Below, piece after piece: positions 1 through 9,200 of a DNA stretch of 64,000 nt. The stretch is from a virus (lineage: Duplodnaviria; Caudoviricetes). The notes below the pieces were generated by a model, which saw only the letters and a list, made by a program, of their open reading frames with translations, was not told the DNA's origin and did no database searches. Both the position numbers and the translations under genes were made by a program. The DNA lies in IMG/VR virus record IMGVR_UViG_2654588123_000001, positions 8,932 through 72,931 of that record; one strand, 5' to 3'. Within the stretch, counting starts at the first letter, position 1, and the number at the start of each line of letters is the position of its first letter.

Positions 1-861
1 GGTTTCCCGGTCAACAATCCCGGCATGATGGTGTTTGACATAATACCGATCCCTCTGGCCGATATTATTGATAACCTTCTTGCTGATGCAATCTCTTACA
101 AACACTTTCTGAAGAAGCAGGTCGCCGGCATAAAGGGGGTTGGAAAGAATCCGGCGGACCGTGACAGTGCTGAACTGTTTCCCACGCACCGTCAGCCGGC
201 CCTCTTCCCGCAACCGTTTTGCAATGGCATAAACGGATTCCCCACGAAGAAGGCCTGCATACATTTGACGTATCACCTCTGCCTCTTCCGGCTCAATGAC
301 ATACTGTCTGTCAACCCAGCGGTATCCGTATACGAACGTGCCGCCGCTGGTTTCACCGCGCTGATATTTTCTCCGGATGGCCCACTTGACATTATTCGAA
401 ATGGACACGCTCTCCTGCTCGGCAACGGCGGCGGTGACGGTCAGCAGGAACTCACCGCCCATTCCCGAAGTGTTGATATTTTCCTTTTCGAACCGTACCT
501 CAATGCCGAGCCCTTTCAGTTCCCGGACGCTGTTGAGCAGGTCAACCGTGTTCCGTGCGAACCGGCTGATGGATTTCGTAAGGATGATATCGATCTTCTT
601 TGCCCGGCAGTCTTCCATCATCTGCAGGAACTGCTTCCGATGTTTTAAACTCGTCCCGGAAATCCCGTTGTCGGTGTAGATTCCTGCCAACTCCCATTCC
701 GGGTTGTTCATAATGAGTTTTTCAAAATGAGCTGCCTGGGCCTCATAGCTGGATTCCTGGTCTTTCTTATCGGTAGATACCCTGGCATAGGCAGCCACCT
801 TCTTTTTCTGTATTTGTGCCTCCAGCGGCTTGGTGGCTGGGATTATTTCAGCCCCGTTCAT
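1..861 (-). CDS. Large serine recombinase (integrase), N-terminal part; truncated by the window edge
   Basis: Manual translation from ATG at 861 (RBS GGGAGGTG): MNGAEIIPATKPLEAQIQKKKVAAYARVSTDKKDQESS...GIYTDNGISGT...KKIDIILTKSISRFARNTVD, which contains the serine recombinase YARVS and SRFAR motifs. Not in the ORF track. Confidence 0.93.
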   Translation of the reverse strand, partial: MNGAEIIPATKPLEAQIQKKKVAAYARVSTDKKDQESSYEAQAAHFEKLIMNNPEWELAGIYTDNGISGTSLKHRKQFLQMMEDCRAKKIDIILTKSISRFARNTVDLLNSVRELKGLGIEVRFEKENINTSGMGGEFLLTVTAAVAEQESVSISNNVKWAIRRKYQRGETSGGTFVYGYRWVDRQYVIEPEEAEVIRQMYAGLLRGESVYAIAKRLREEGRLTVRGKQFSTVTVRRILSNPLYAGDLLLQKVFVRDCISKKVINNIGQRDRYYVKHHHAGIVDRET

Positions 862-905
862 GATTTCACCTCCCATGGTATCTATCACTCTGAAGCCGCA
901 TATAG

Positions 906-1055
906 TCAAGTCATTACCGGAGTATACTTCTCGCGCATCAGCCTGTCCGCCGCATCGTACTCCTCCTGGGTGATGACGCCTTCTTTCAGCGATTTCCTGA
1001 CTATGGCCATGGTGACGCTGTACATCATCTGGCTGTGAAAGGTCTCACGTTCCAT
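906..1055 (-). CDS. Small SHOCT-like protein upstream of the recombinase
   Basis: MERETFHSQMMYSVTMAIVRKSLKEGVITQEEYDAADRLMREKY; RBS AAGGAGG; the G.IT.EEY motif is SHOCT-like. Confidence 0.7.
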   Translation of the reverse strand: MERETFHSQMMYSVTMAIVRKSLKEGVITQEEYDAADRLMREKYTPVMT

Positions 1056-1212
1056 ATGTCCGTCCTCCTTCAGAAAAATACCCCTCACTTAATAGCCGGG
1101 AAACAGGCCAAAAGTTAAGGTTATGTCGGAAATAATTCCGTTCTGTATTCCTATGCCCACATACAGCCAGTTTTTTTAGTGCCAGCCCATATTTTTTTGA
1201 GGAGTCCCAAAA

Positions 1213-1244
1213 TAAAAAAATCCCGCAGGCATTCCCGCGGGATG
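1213..1244 (-). terminator. Intrinsic terminator after the lysis module
   Basis: Minus strand CATCCCGCGGGAATGCCTGCGGGATTTTTTT: GC-rich stem followed by a U-tract. Confidence 0.75.
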
Positions 1245-1258
1245 TGTAGTACAGAATA

Positions 1259-1690
1259 TTATGTTTTCCTTACCGCAAAATATACAGCGGCAGCAGCTAT
1301 CACATATGCAATATTGCGCTGCCACCTACTGTGCCGGAGCCTTGACCGTTCCTCGGCTTCGTACTGCTGCAATAATCTGTTGGCATTCTGCAATGACTGC
1401 TCCTGCCCTTCCAGCGTCAGCTTCAATGCGCCCAGCTGCGCCTTGAGCATCTGTGACTGCTTTCCGGCTTCCGTCAATTGCGTCAGCGACGCCTCCAGTT
1501 GTTTTCTCAATGTCGCGGACTCTGTCCTCTGCCTGTCGTTGATATTCCTCAACTCGGTCAAGTTCCTGTCTAACCTCTCCAGCTCCGTTTCCGTGATCTG
1601 GTACAGTTGCTCTGCCGAACATAAAGCCGGAATAAAAGATAAGCAGGCAACCAATAATGTGCAACACAATACCCTTACAATCCTGAACAT
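1259..1690 (-). CDS. Signal peptide (possible lipobox) + coiled coil + C-terminal hydrophobic anchor; spanin-like
   Basis: MFRIVRVLCCTLLVAC..., long heptad region, C-terminal IAYVIAAAAVYFAVRKT; lies directly after the endolysin. Confidence 0.65.
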   Translation of the reverse strand: MFRIVRVLCCTLLVACLSFIPALCSAEQLYQITETELERLDRNLTELRNINDRQRTESATLRKQLEASLTQLTEAGKQSQMLKAQLGALKLTLEGQEQSLQNANRLLQQYEAEERSRLRHSRWQRNIAYVIAAAAVYFAVRKT

Positions 1691-1694
1691 TCAT
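1326..1694 (-). CDS. N-terminal TM + coiled-coil protein overlapping the previous ORF; i-spanin-like
   Basis: MNVQDCKGIVLHIIGCLLIFYSGFMFGRA then a helical region; RBS GGGAGG...GGTGA upstream. Confidence 0.65.
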   Translation of the reverse strand: MNVQDCKGIVLHIIGCLLIFYSGFMFGRATVPDHGNGAGEVRQELDRVEEYQRQAEDRVRDIEKTTGGVADAIDGSRKAVTDAQGAAGRIEADAGRAGAVIAECQQIIAAVRSRGTVKAPAQ

Positions 1695-1708
1695 TTCACC
1701 GCCCTCCC

Positions 1709-2299
1709 TCACTCAAGCAACCAATTGCCGTCGAACCACCGGTTTCCGACCTTCAGCCTGTCGGTGAACTGCCACATCTTGGCACCGGGCCAGTCACAGG
1801 AATGCGCCCATTGCGCGCACCAGATGGGAGCGTACTCCGGCAGCAGGTTCGTGTAGATGCGGTTCTCCAACCAGTCCAGACTTGCGTAGAGACCGCTGTT
1901 ATATCCGTGGCGGTTGCATTCGGTGATGAACTCGTTGCACATGGCGGTGATGGTCTGTGCCGATGGCATTCCATTGCGCTCCTTGTATCCGTCACCGTCT
2001 TCCATATCAAACCACACGCCCATCTCCAGCCGGCCCGGTGTCAGGCCGCTGGATTCCAGGATATGCATCATGTAAGATGCCTCCTCCCAGGCGCCCACCC
2101 TGTTCAGCGCATAACTGTAATAGTAGACGCCAATCTTCAGCCCCGCCTCCAGCGCCTCATTGACATTCTTGTAGAACAGGGTATCCAGATGCCCGCGCCC
2201 GTAACCAAGCCGGATGATGGCAAACTCTATCCCGTTCTCCTTCACGGCCTTCCAGTCGATCCAGCCGTTGTTTTCCGATACATCAATTCCTTTTATCAT
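1709..2299 (-). CDS. Endolysin, glycoside hydrolase family 25 (no cell-wall-binding domain)
   Basis: GIDVSENNGWIDW, AIIRLGYG, GVYYYSYA, VWFDMED, WQFTD: GH25 muramidase motifs. Confidence 0.92.
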   Translation of the reverse strand: MIKGIDVSENNGWIDWKAVKENGIEFAIIRLGYGRGHLDTLFYKNVNEALEAGLKIGVYYYSYALNRVGAWEEASYMMHILESSGLTPGRLEMGVWFDMEDGDGYKERNGMPSAQTITAMCNEFITECNRHGYNSGLYASLDWLENRIYTNLLPEYAPIWCAQWAHSCDWPGAKMWQFTDRLKVGNRWFDGNWLLE

Positions 2300-2799
2300 T
2301 ATTTTCCCCTCCGTTGTAATAACTCATACAGCCGGGCCATGCTCTTCACCCCGGCATCTCCCAGGTTCTCGATGATGGACAGCGCCTCGTTCATAGCAAG
2401 GTAGCCGCAAACAATCTGGACGATCTGGGACGAACCCCCAGCGGCCATGCTCATCAGATCAAAGATGGCAGCCATCAGGAAGCAGATACAGTAAACGAAC
2501 AGCTTGCTGACACCGCGTGTGCGCATCTCCGTGCTGTTTATCTTCCGTGCCTTCCGGGCGCTGTTGATGCCCTTCACGGCATCAAAAAAAGCAGGGGCCT
2601 CATTCCCCTGCTCCACCAGGTATGCGTAACTGATCGCTATCCATTTTGTCAGAATGTCCAGGTACAGCAGTACCCCGAACCCGATCATAAGGATGGAATA
2701 TTTGTGCGTCACCAGACCCAGCACCGCTCCGGCAATCACCTTGATGTTTAGCATATCCCCCATCTTATCCAACACAGCGTGGACGATTTCCTTATCCAT
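2299..2799 (-). CDS. Phage holin (holin family 4-like)
   Basis: Several TM segments; DILTKW...INSTEMRTRGVSK...NEALSIIENL pattern; adjacent to the endolysin. Confidence 0.85.
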   Translation of the reverse strand: MDKEIVHAVLDKMGDMLNIKVIAGAVLGLVTHKYSILMIGFGVLLYLDILTKWIAISYAYLVEQGNEAPAFFDAVKGINSARKARKINSTEMRTRGVSKLFVYCICFLMAAIFDLMSMAAGGSSQIVQIVCGYLAMNEALSIIENLGDAGVKSMARLYELLQRRGK

Positions 2800-2800
2800 A

Positions 2801-3931
2801 CTATCCTTCTCCTTTCCGGGCTTCTGCCCTTAAATCCCTGTATTCCGGTATCTCGCACTCCGTCAGTTTCTTCCGGTTCCGTAAGACGGATCCGTAAATC
2901 CGGCGGAGAACTTCACAATGCACATATTCCGTCCCATCTTCCGTAAACAGCCCTATCGGGCAGCGGTTCCTGCAGATGGATACCACAGGACAGCTGAAGC
3001 ATTTCCGTGGTATCAGATCTTCCCACACCATTCGGTGCTTCTCCAACATCTCCTCGCAGGAATCATCAATAGAGGAAATGACCCTGCTGTCGTTATGGCA
3101 CCGGACGATGCTCCCGTCGAATTTGAATGACAGTGATATAACCCCGGGCGCACAGGGCGGAAACGGGGATGTTGTAAAATGTTCCCGCCTGAACAGGTCA
3201 TCGCTGATAAACTTTTCCACGAAAAAGTTGTACCGGTTCCCATACGGGTCGTTTCCTGCGATGATGTCGTCCGCCAGGGCATCAATCGCCCGTTCTATCT
3301 GCCCTTCCCGGAAGGTATAGATGTCTTTTGGGATATCGGACAGCACATTGATAAGCCCCATATCCACGATGGTCTCCGGAAACAGTTCTTCGAGCATGGC
3401 AAACGCCCTGACCGGATCATCGTTCAGGGCGTTGAACACAAAATTCACGGAACGCTTCTTGCATTCCAACAAGGCCTCAATGTTTTCTTTTGATGGGACT
3501 GCGTTCCGTACCGCCACCGGATTTGGCGCATCGTAGGACATCGTGAACAGTACCCTGTGCCTGTTGCAGAAATCTGCAATCTCCTTTGTCAGAAGCAGCC
3601 CGTTCGAAAAGATTCGGTACTGGCGTGGAAATATACCACGGGACTCAAACATCAATATGTATCGCTTAATCGTCTCCCAATACAAGAGCGGCTCCCCGCC
3701 CCAGAAGTAAATCCGGGAAAAGAAGCCGTTTTTCACAGACAGCCATTTCTTCAGGAACAGTATCACCTTCTCCGGCAGTTCGGAATCCGGCTGCTGGCAG
3801 AACGTGTTTTTTATGGGCGTCTGGGAACAGTGCCGGCATGTCATATTGCAGGCAGGGCCTAACAACAAAAAGACCGCAGACAAACCGTGCAGATATTCTG
3901 TTTCCCCAGTCCAAGGTTTATTCACCGCCAC
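2801..3931 (-). CDS. Radical SAM protein with SPASM domain
   Basis: CNMTCRHC (CxxxCxxC), GGEPLL, FSNGLLL; C-terminal CAPG...C...CFSCPVVSICRNRCP...C. Probable GTG start at 3931, with GGAGGT 7 nt upstream. Confidence 0.9.
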   Translation of the reverse strand: MAVNKPWTGETEYLHGLSAVFLLLGPACNMTCRHCSQTPIKNTFCQQPDSELPEKVILFLKKWLSVKNGFFSRIYFWGGEPLLYWETIKRYILMFESRGIFPRQYRIFSNGLLLTKEIADFCNRHRVLFTMSYDAPNPVAVRNAVPSKENIEALLECKKRSVNFVFNALNDDPVRAFAMLEELFPETIVDMGLINVLSDIPKDIYTFREGQIERAIDALADDIIAGNDPYGNRYNFFVEKFISDDLFRREHFTTSPFPPCAPGVISLSFKFDGSIVRCHNDSRVISSIDDSCEEMLEKHRMVWEDLIPRKCFSCPVVSICRNRCPIGLFTEDGTEYVHCEVLRRIYGSVLRNRKKLTECEIPEYRDLRAEARKGEG

Positions 3932-5243
3932 TGCCTTCACCTCCGGAACCTTCACCGCTTGAGCCTTCATACTCATCATAATACCCGACAATCTTGAATG
4001 TGGTATTGGCCGTCAATGCGCCTGAAGTCCAAGACTCTTTACTATGGATAGCCGTTTTATATGTGCTTCCCTGCGTGATTTTCAAATAGTATCTGTAACT
4101 GTTCTTGGTATCCGTAATCTTTATTGTGGTGTTGTACTTGATGGTCACGGAAGACGGCTTGGTCGCTGTTGCAGAAGAACCGGATGTGTTGGTATATGTA
4201 ATGGTCGCTGTCGGTGTCCACCCGTCAGCCGTCCATGTGAACGTAATCTTCGGTGTGATAGCCGTAGCCGCCGTTGCGCTGACAGTCGTGGCTGCAGTCA
4301 CCGTTCCGCTGGAGCCGGACAATGTACCCTTTGTATATCCCGTCGCAGCCGCCAGGCTTGCTGTCCAGGTCGTGCCGTATCCGACAGTAAAACTCTGTGC
4401 CGAAGAGGTAGACGTCTTCGTAACTTCCGAAGCAAACGTGCCGTCGGACTTTTTGTTTTTGTACTTCAGCGTTATGGTCTGATGGGAAGTGGCATTCAGT
4501 TTCAGCGTAAACGTCTTGTATGTGGCAGAACCTGCAGATACCGTTGTAGCCGCTGTCACGGTACCGGAAGACCCGGGGGTTAACGCGCCTGCCGTCCACC
4601 CCGTCGCGCCGGCTATCGTAGCCGTCCATGTGGTCCCATGCCGGACTGTAAAGGACTGTGCGGAAGATGTGGAAGTCTTTGTGACCTCTGCCTCAAATCC
4701 GGTGTTGGCGGCGTTCCGGTTCTTGTATTTCAGCGTGATGGTCTGGTGGGTTGTCGCATTCAGTTTCAGCGTGTAGGTCTTCAGGCTTGCTGCACCTGCG
4801 GTAACTGTCACGTTTGCATTAGTCAGCGTACCACTGCTGCTGGGTGTCAATGAACCGGCGTTATACCCGGTAGCCCCAGCCACCGTTGCCGTCCAGGTAG
4901 TACCGTAAGGAAAATACTTGTTGCCGCTCGTCCAGGACGCCCCACCCGCCGTGACCGTGATTGTCTCGTTGGAAACAGCAGTAATGCCAAGCCGGATGAG
5001 GGATTTTGTCGCCAGCACATATTCCGTTCCGCCTTTTTCTATATGAACCGGGGTCCCGTAATCGTCATAAAACACTTGGGAATAGGTTGTCGGATATAAA
5101 GCAGCATACAGGTTCGTTCCATCTACGGTCACCGGCAGATATGCAGAATTGTATACTTTCGCTTCCGCCGTGGTCGTATACAAATCACAGGTGTATGTGG
5201 TGCTTCCCTTTGTGACTTTCAGGGTGTGTGATGATTTGCTCAT
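3918..5243 (-). CDS. Thr/Ser-rich tail fibre/adhesin with internal repeats
   Basis: Position after the tail tip; 88-aa repeat (TLKLNAT.HQTITLKYKN...GTTWTA); acidic Gly/Ser C-terminus. Confidence 0.7.
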   Translation of the reverse strand: MSKSSHTLKVTKGSTTYTCDLYTTTAEAKVYNSAYLPVTVDGTNLYAALYPTTYSQVFYDDYGTPVHIEKGGTEYVLATKSLIRLGITAVSNETITVTAGGASWTSGNKYFPYGTTWTATVAGATGYNAGSLTPSSSGTLTNANVTVTAGAASLKTYTLKLNATTHQTITLKYKNRNAANTGFEAEVTKTSTSSAQSFTVRHGTTWTATIAGATGWTAGALTPGSSGTVTAATTVSAGSATYKTFTLKLNATSHQTITLKYKNKKSDGTFASEVTKTSTSSAQSFTVGYGTTWTASLAAATGYTKGTLSGSSGTVTAATTVSATAATAITPKITFTWTADGWTPTATITYTNTSGSSATATKPSSVTIKYNTTIKITDTKNSYRYYLKITQGSTYKTAIHSKESWTSGALTANTTFKIVGYYDEYEGSSGEGSGGEGSGGE

Positions 5244-5254
5244 AATCCATCACC

Positions 5255-6178
5255 TCAGACAATCCATATCTTGCTCCCGTCGGGGAACTGAATTTTGCCG
5301 TCCGTTGTAAAAACAAAACTTTTACGGTTCGCAATCGTTCCGGCGTTTGTATGAATGTAGACCGTGCTGTCTGCCGTCAAGTGCAGATTTTCCGTATCGC
5401 CATTTAAGGTAATTGCTGACACCAGGCTCTTCGGGGATTCACCGGCGCCTATCACAACCGCACCACTGCTCTGGATGCCGAATCCGGTCCCATTGTTCGT
5501 GGTGGAGCTTGAAGGGAACACAAAAAACGGGTTCGTCGTATGCACCGTTGCGTCTGCATCCGTTGCCTTTAACTGATACCGGAACGGAAGATTGATGCCG
5601 GTTCCCTGTGTACTCGCTGTCCCGCTCACATTTAATGTGAAGTTGGATGCCGTCGTTACCGCACCGCTGAATGTACCGCCGGCCAGGGGCATATAGGTGC
5701 TCCCGGTCACTGCGATGGTAACCTTGTCGTTGGTTGCATCCGGTGTCAGCGTAATCGCATTGCCGGCTGCAAACGTAAGCGTGTCCTGTTTCGCATCTGC
5801 CTGAATGGTCGTACTCCCCACCGTGACATTAGCAAAGGTGTTCTGGTTCACCTCCGCCCCTGTCGCAATACCATTCAGCTTCGTCTTATCCGTGTTGCTC
5901 ATGAATCCGTTGCTGCTGGTGGTCGCGGCATCATGTACATGCCCGTCGATGGAAAAATATGTGGAGTCATGCCCATCCAGCTTATCTGCGTTCAGGTTAA
6001 CGCACTTTGTCCCATTGGATTTCGGTATGTTGCCGCTGGCATTTCCCGGTGACAGACCGCACAGCTTCAGGGCATTCACGATTTGGTCCTCGATGACCGC
6101 GCGTAGCTGTTCCCGCTGTTTCGCAGGAAACTCCGACAAATACTCGTCATCTGCCGGAAATGTGGAATCGTATGCCAT
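5255..6178 (-). CDS. Tail fibre protein
   Basis: NADKLDGHDSTYF, AATTSSNGFMSNTDKTKLNGIA and YMPLAGGT motifs typical of phage fibres. Confidence 0.75.
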   Translation of the reverse strand: MAYDSTFPADDEYLSEFPAKQREQLRAVIEDQIVNALKLCGLSPGNASGNIPKSNGTKCVNLNADKLDGHDSTYFSIDGHVHDAATTSSNGFMSNTDKTKLNGIATGAEVNQNTFANVTVGSTTIQADAKQDTLTFAAGNAITLTPDATNDKVTIAVTGSTYMPLAGGTFSGAVTTASNFTLNVSGTASTQGTGINLPFRYQLKATDADATVHTTNPFFVFPSSSTTNNGTGFGIQSSGAVVIGAGESPKSLVSAITLNGDTENLHLTADSTVYIHTNAGTIANRKSFVFTTDGKIQFPDGSKIWIV

Positions 6179-6220
6179 TGTTATCCCTCCAAATAAAAAA
6201 GGGACGCCATAAAACGCCCC

Positions 6221-9200
6221 TTAATACCCCTTTATTTTTATGTCTACCGTTCCCGCCACTGCGGTATTGCTTGTGTTGAACACCTTGATAACGCACTCGG
6301 TCTTCGTCCTGCTTATCACCCTGGCGTGAACCGTTTCACCGATGGCATTGGCCGTCACATTTGGGACGGCATAGAAAGTATGCCCGTACGGAACGGTAGT
6401 GCCAGCCGCCGCTATCGAAGCAGTGATGGCGATATCCGTGTCCGGCACATCGATGCTGATGAGCAGGTGGTTGACCTCCGGTGTCTTATTGGTATTTTTC
6501 GTAGCCAGTTTCACCCGGAACTGAACGTACCTAAAACGCCGCTGCACCGGTTTGAACTCCGTCCAGTCCATCCAAATGCTGTTGTCAAGGGATGTACGGA
6601 ACTCCAAAACCGCAGACACATCCCCCGCATACATAACAGTCGAAACAAAGTACACGGAAATCTTCGCGGTAATGATGCTTCCGACATTGATCTTTGCCAG
6701 CGTGTAGGTGCCGCTTGCCGGATACTTCCCGGTCGAAGTGTTCAGTTTCAGTTTCAGTACCTGTGACCCGCCCAGGTCGGCAAACTTGGTCGTGGTATAG
6801 TCACTGAACCGGCCTCCCACAGTCTGGAAGTTGATACTTGATTCGCCGAACTCCGTGTTGCTGTGCGTACCGCTCTGCCGGGCAAGTTCGTCAAAGGTCT
6901 GAATGACGTTCTTCGGCGGCAGGTTCTCCACGTTGACCCGCGAGGTCCGTGCGGCAGAACTTTTGAAACCGGCCTTGTTGATGGCCACGATATGGTACTG
7001 ATAAAGCCTTTCAATATCCACCGGGACGGTAAAGAAGTTGTTCGTCACCCCGGTCGCCACCAAGGCGCCGGTATCAAAACTGGAACCTTCCCGTATCTCG
7101 TACCCGGTCACATCGATGTCCGTGCTGACCGTCCAGTACAGTTCAACCATCTCGCCGTCCTGGTACGCCACAAAATTCGTGCAGTTCGTGGGTTCCACCG
7201 TACACCGCAGGCTGGCCGACGTCTCATCCGAATAGAACCCCGCGCTGTTCAGCGTCCGGATCATGACATGGACGCTCTCCGTCTCTGTCAGGGTGTAGGT
7301 CGCATACAGTTCGTTGGTCAGCGGGATCTCCTCGGCGCTGTCCCAGTTATCCCCGACCTTCACCTGGTAACCCACAAGGTCACCGTCCGGGACGGCGTTC
7401 CATTGAATGTTCAGCTGGCTTCTATCCTTCGGGTTCTGCCGCAGCTGGATGACAGATACGGGCGTGGGCTCAAGGCCGAAGATGGCAGACACCTCCGCCG
7501 GGTACTGTGACTCGTTGCCCGCAATCGTCACCGCCTTAATCATCCACGAATACTGATGTTCCTCTTCAATCATCACTTCAAAAGTCGTACCGCTGACGCG
7601 CGGGGCGACCATACTCGCCGTGTTCCAGCTTGTGCCCTGCTTGATGATATAATAAGCAACATCGGTCTGGTTCACCGCATCCCAGGACAGCAGTACCGTG
7701 GTCTTGTTCACCGTGCTTTGCGCCGCCCGGAAATTGGTAACGTCCATCGGTTCTATCGTGATGGTAATGCTCGTGTTGGTTACGGCGGATTCAAACCCCG
7801 CCACCGTGACAGCCTTGACCATGACATTGTATGTACCGGAGGCCGGCACCTGCCACTCAAAACGATTATCCTTGATATCCACTATCTCCGTCCCATTCGC
7901 CCAGGTATTGCCATACCGTATCGAATAGTGGTCGATATCCTTGCCGGGGGAACGGGTGAACTTGATGACAGCCTTGCTCCGGTCCTTGGTACTCTGGGTT
8001 ACCGTCAGATCCGTCACGGCATCCGGTATCAGGTTCACTACCTTGGTCAGTCCCGTTGGGGCCTGTGAATAGACGTCAGCATTATTGATGGCGGAAATCC
8101 AGAATTTATAGGTTCCGCTCGATGCTACCTGGTAGGTGGTCTTCCGGGTCTTGGTCCTTGCGAACTGTGTGCCTGCCGCCCACGAGTTTCCCGCCCGCAG
8201 TTCATACTGGGAAAGGTCACTGTCCGTTACGGCATCCCAGGTGAATTCCAGTACGCTCCGGTCCGTGGTCTGCTGTGTGACCGCAAAGCCTGTCACGTTC
8301 GACGGATACGGATAGATGGGAATCTGGCAGCTTGCCCCAGCTGACTGGTTGCCTGCATTGTCTACGGCAAACACCGTCACCGTGGGATTTGCTGTATTGG
8401 ATACAATCGTGATGATATTGCTTGCCGTGGTATAGGTCTTGCCACCGGCAACAGAAACTTTATAGTTGCGGAAGTCGATGTCCGTATTCTCGTTCCAGGT
8501 CACCTCCGCCTTGGTACGGTCTGCCGGGTCAACCTTGTATGACAATCCCGTCACGGCCTTTGGCGGGACGTCCTGTCCGCAGGAAATAAGGCCGGTGGTA
8601 ACACCCGTGCTTTGGGATACCCCAAGAATCGTGACCACCTTGACATAGTAATCTGTCTTTGCCTTTACATTGAATTCGGCAAACGTGTTGGATGTCTCCG
8701 TAGCGTTGGTCCATTTTTTCTTGTCCGTAGAAATAAGTACCGTGTACCTGCCTCCGCCGCTGGCGCGTTTCCAGGAAACGCTCATCATGCCGTGCCGGAC
8801 GCGGTTCTCGTCGGTATACTGGAACTGCTTTGCTGACAGCCCGGTAACATTTTTCGCATTCCCCACAGCCTTTGTTGCATACTGGATGGGCGGTATCTCG
8901 TAGTTCTCCTCGAACAGGGCCTCCGCATACTCGATGCAGGTGATCCTCCGCGTGAAGTCCTGCGCACGGGTAATCGATTTCACAACGAACGGCTTTGAAC
9001 CGATGTTGGCAATAGCCAAATCGAAAACATCCCCTGCCTGGGGCGGGTCGCTCTCTGAATAGTCCGATTCCAGACCGATGGTAGTCCACCCATTTGAACT
9101 CGTCTCGATGATGGTACACGGAATCGTGTACAGGTTGTCCTTTACCGTCCTGAACTGGATGCGGTAGCTTTTGGTCGTATCACTGATATAAACCGGCAGG

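Noticed and set aside
3932-3991. N-terminal extension MSGIMMSMKAQAVKVPEVKAV of the radical SAM ORF
   Set aside because: It is the alternative-frame reading of the fibre's Gly/Ser tail; a GTG with a well-spaced SD at 3931 is the more plausible start
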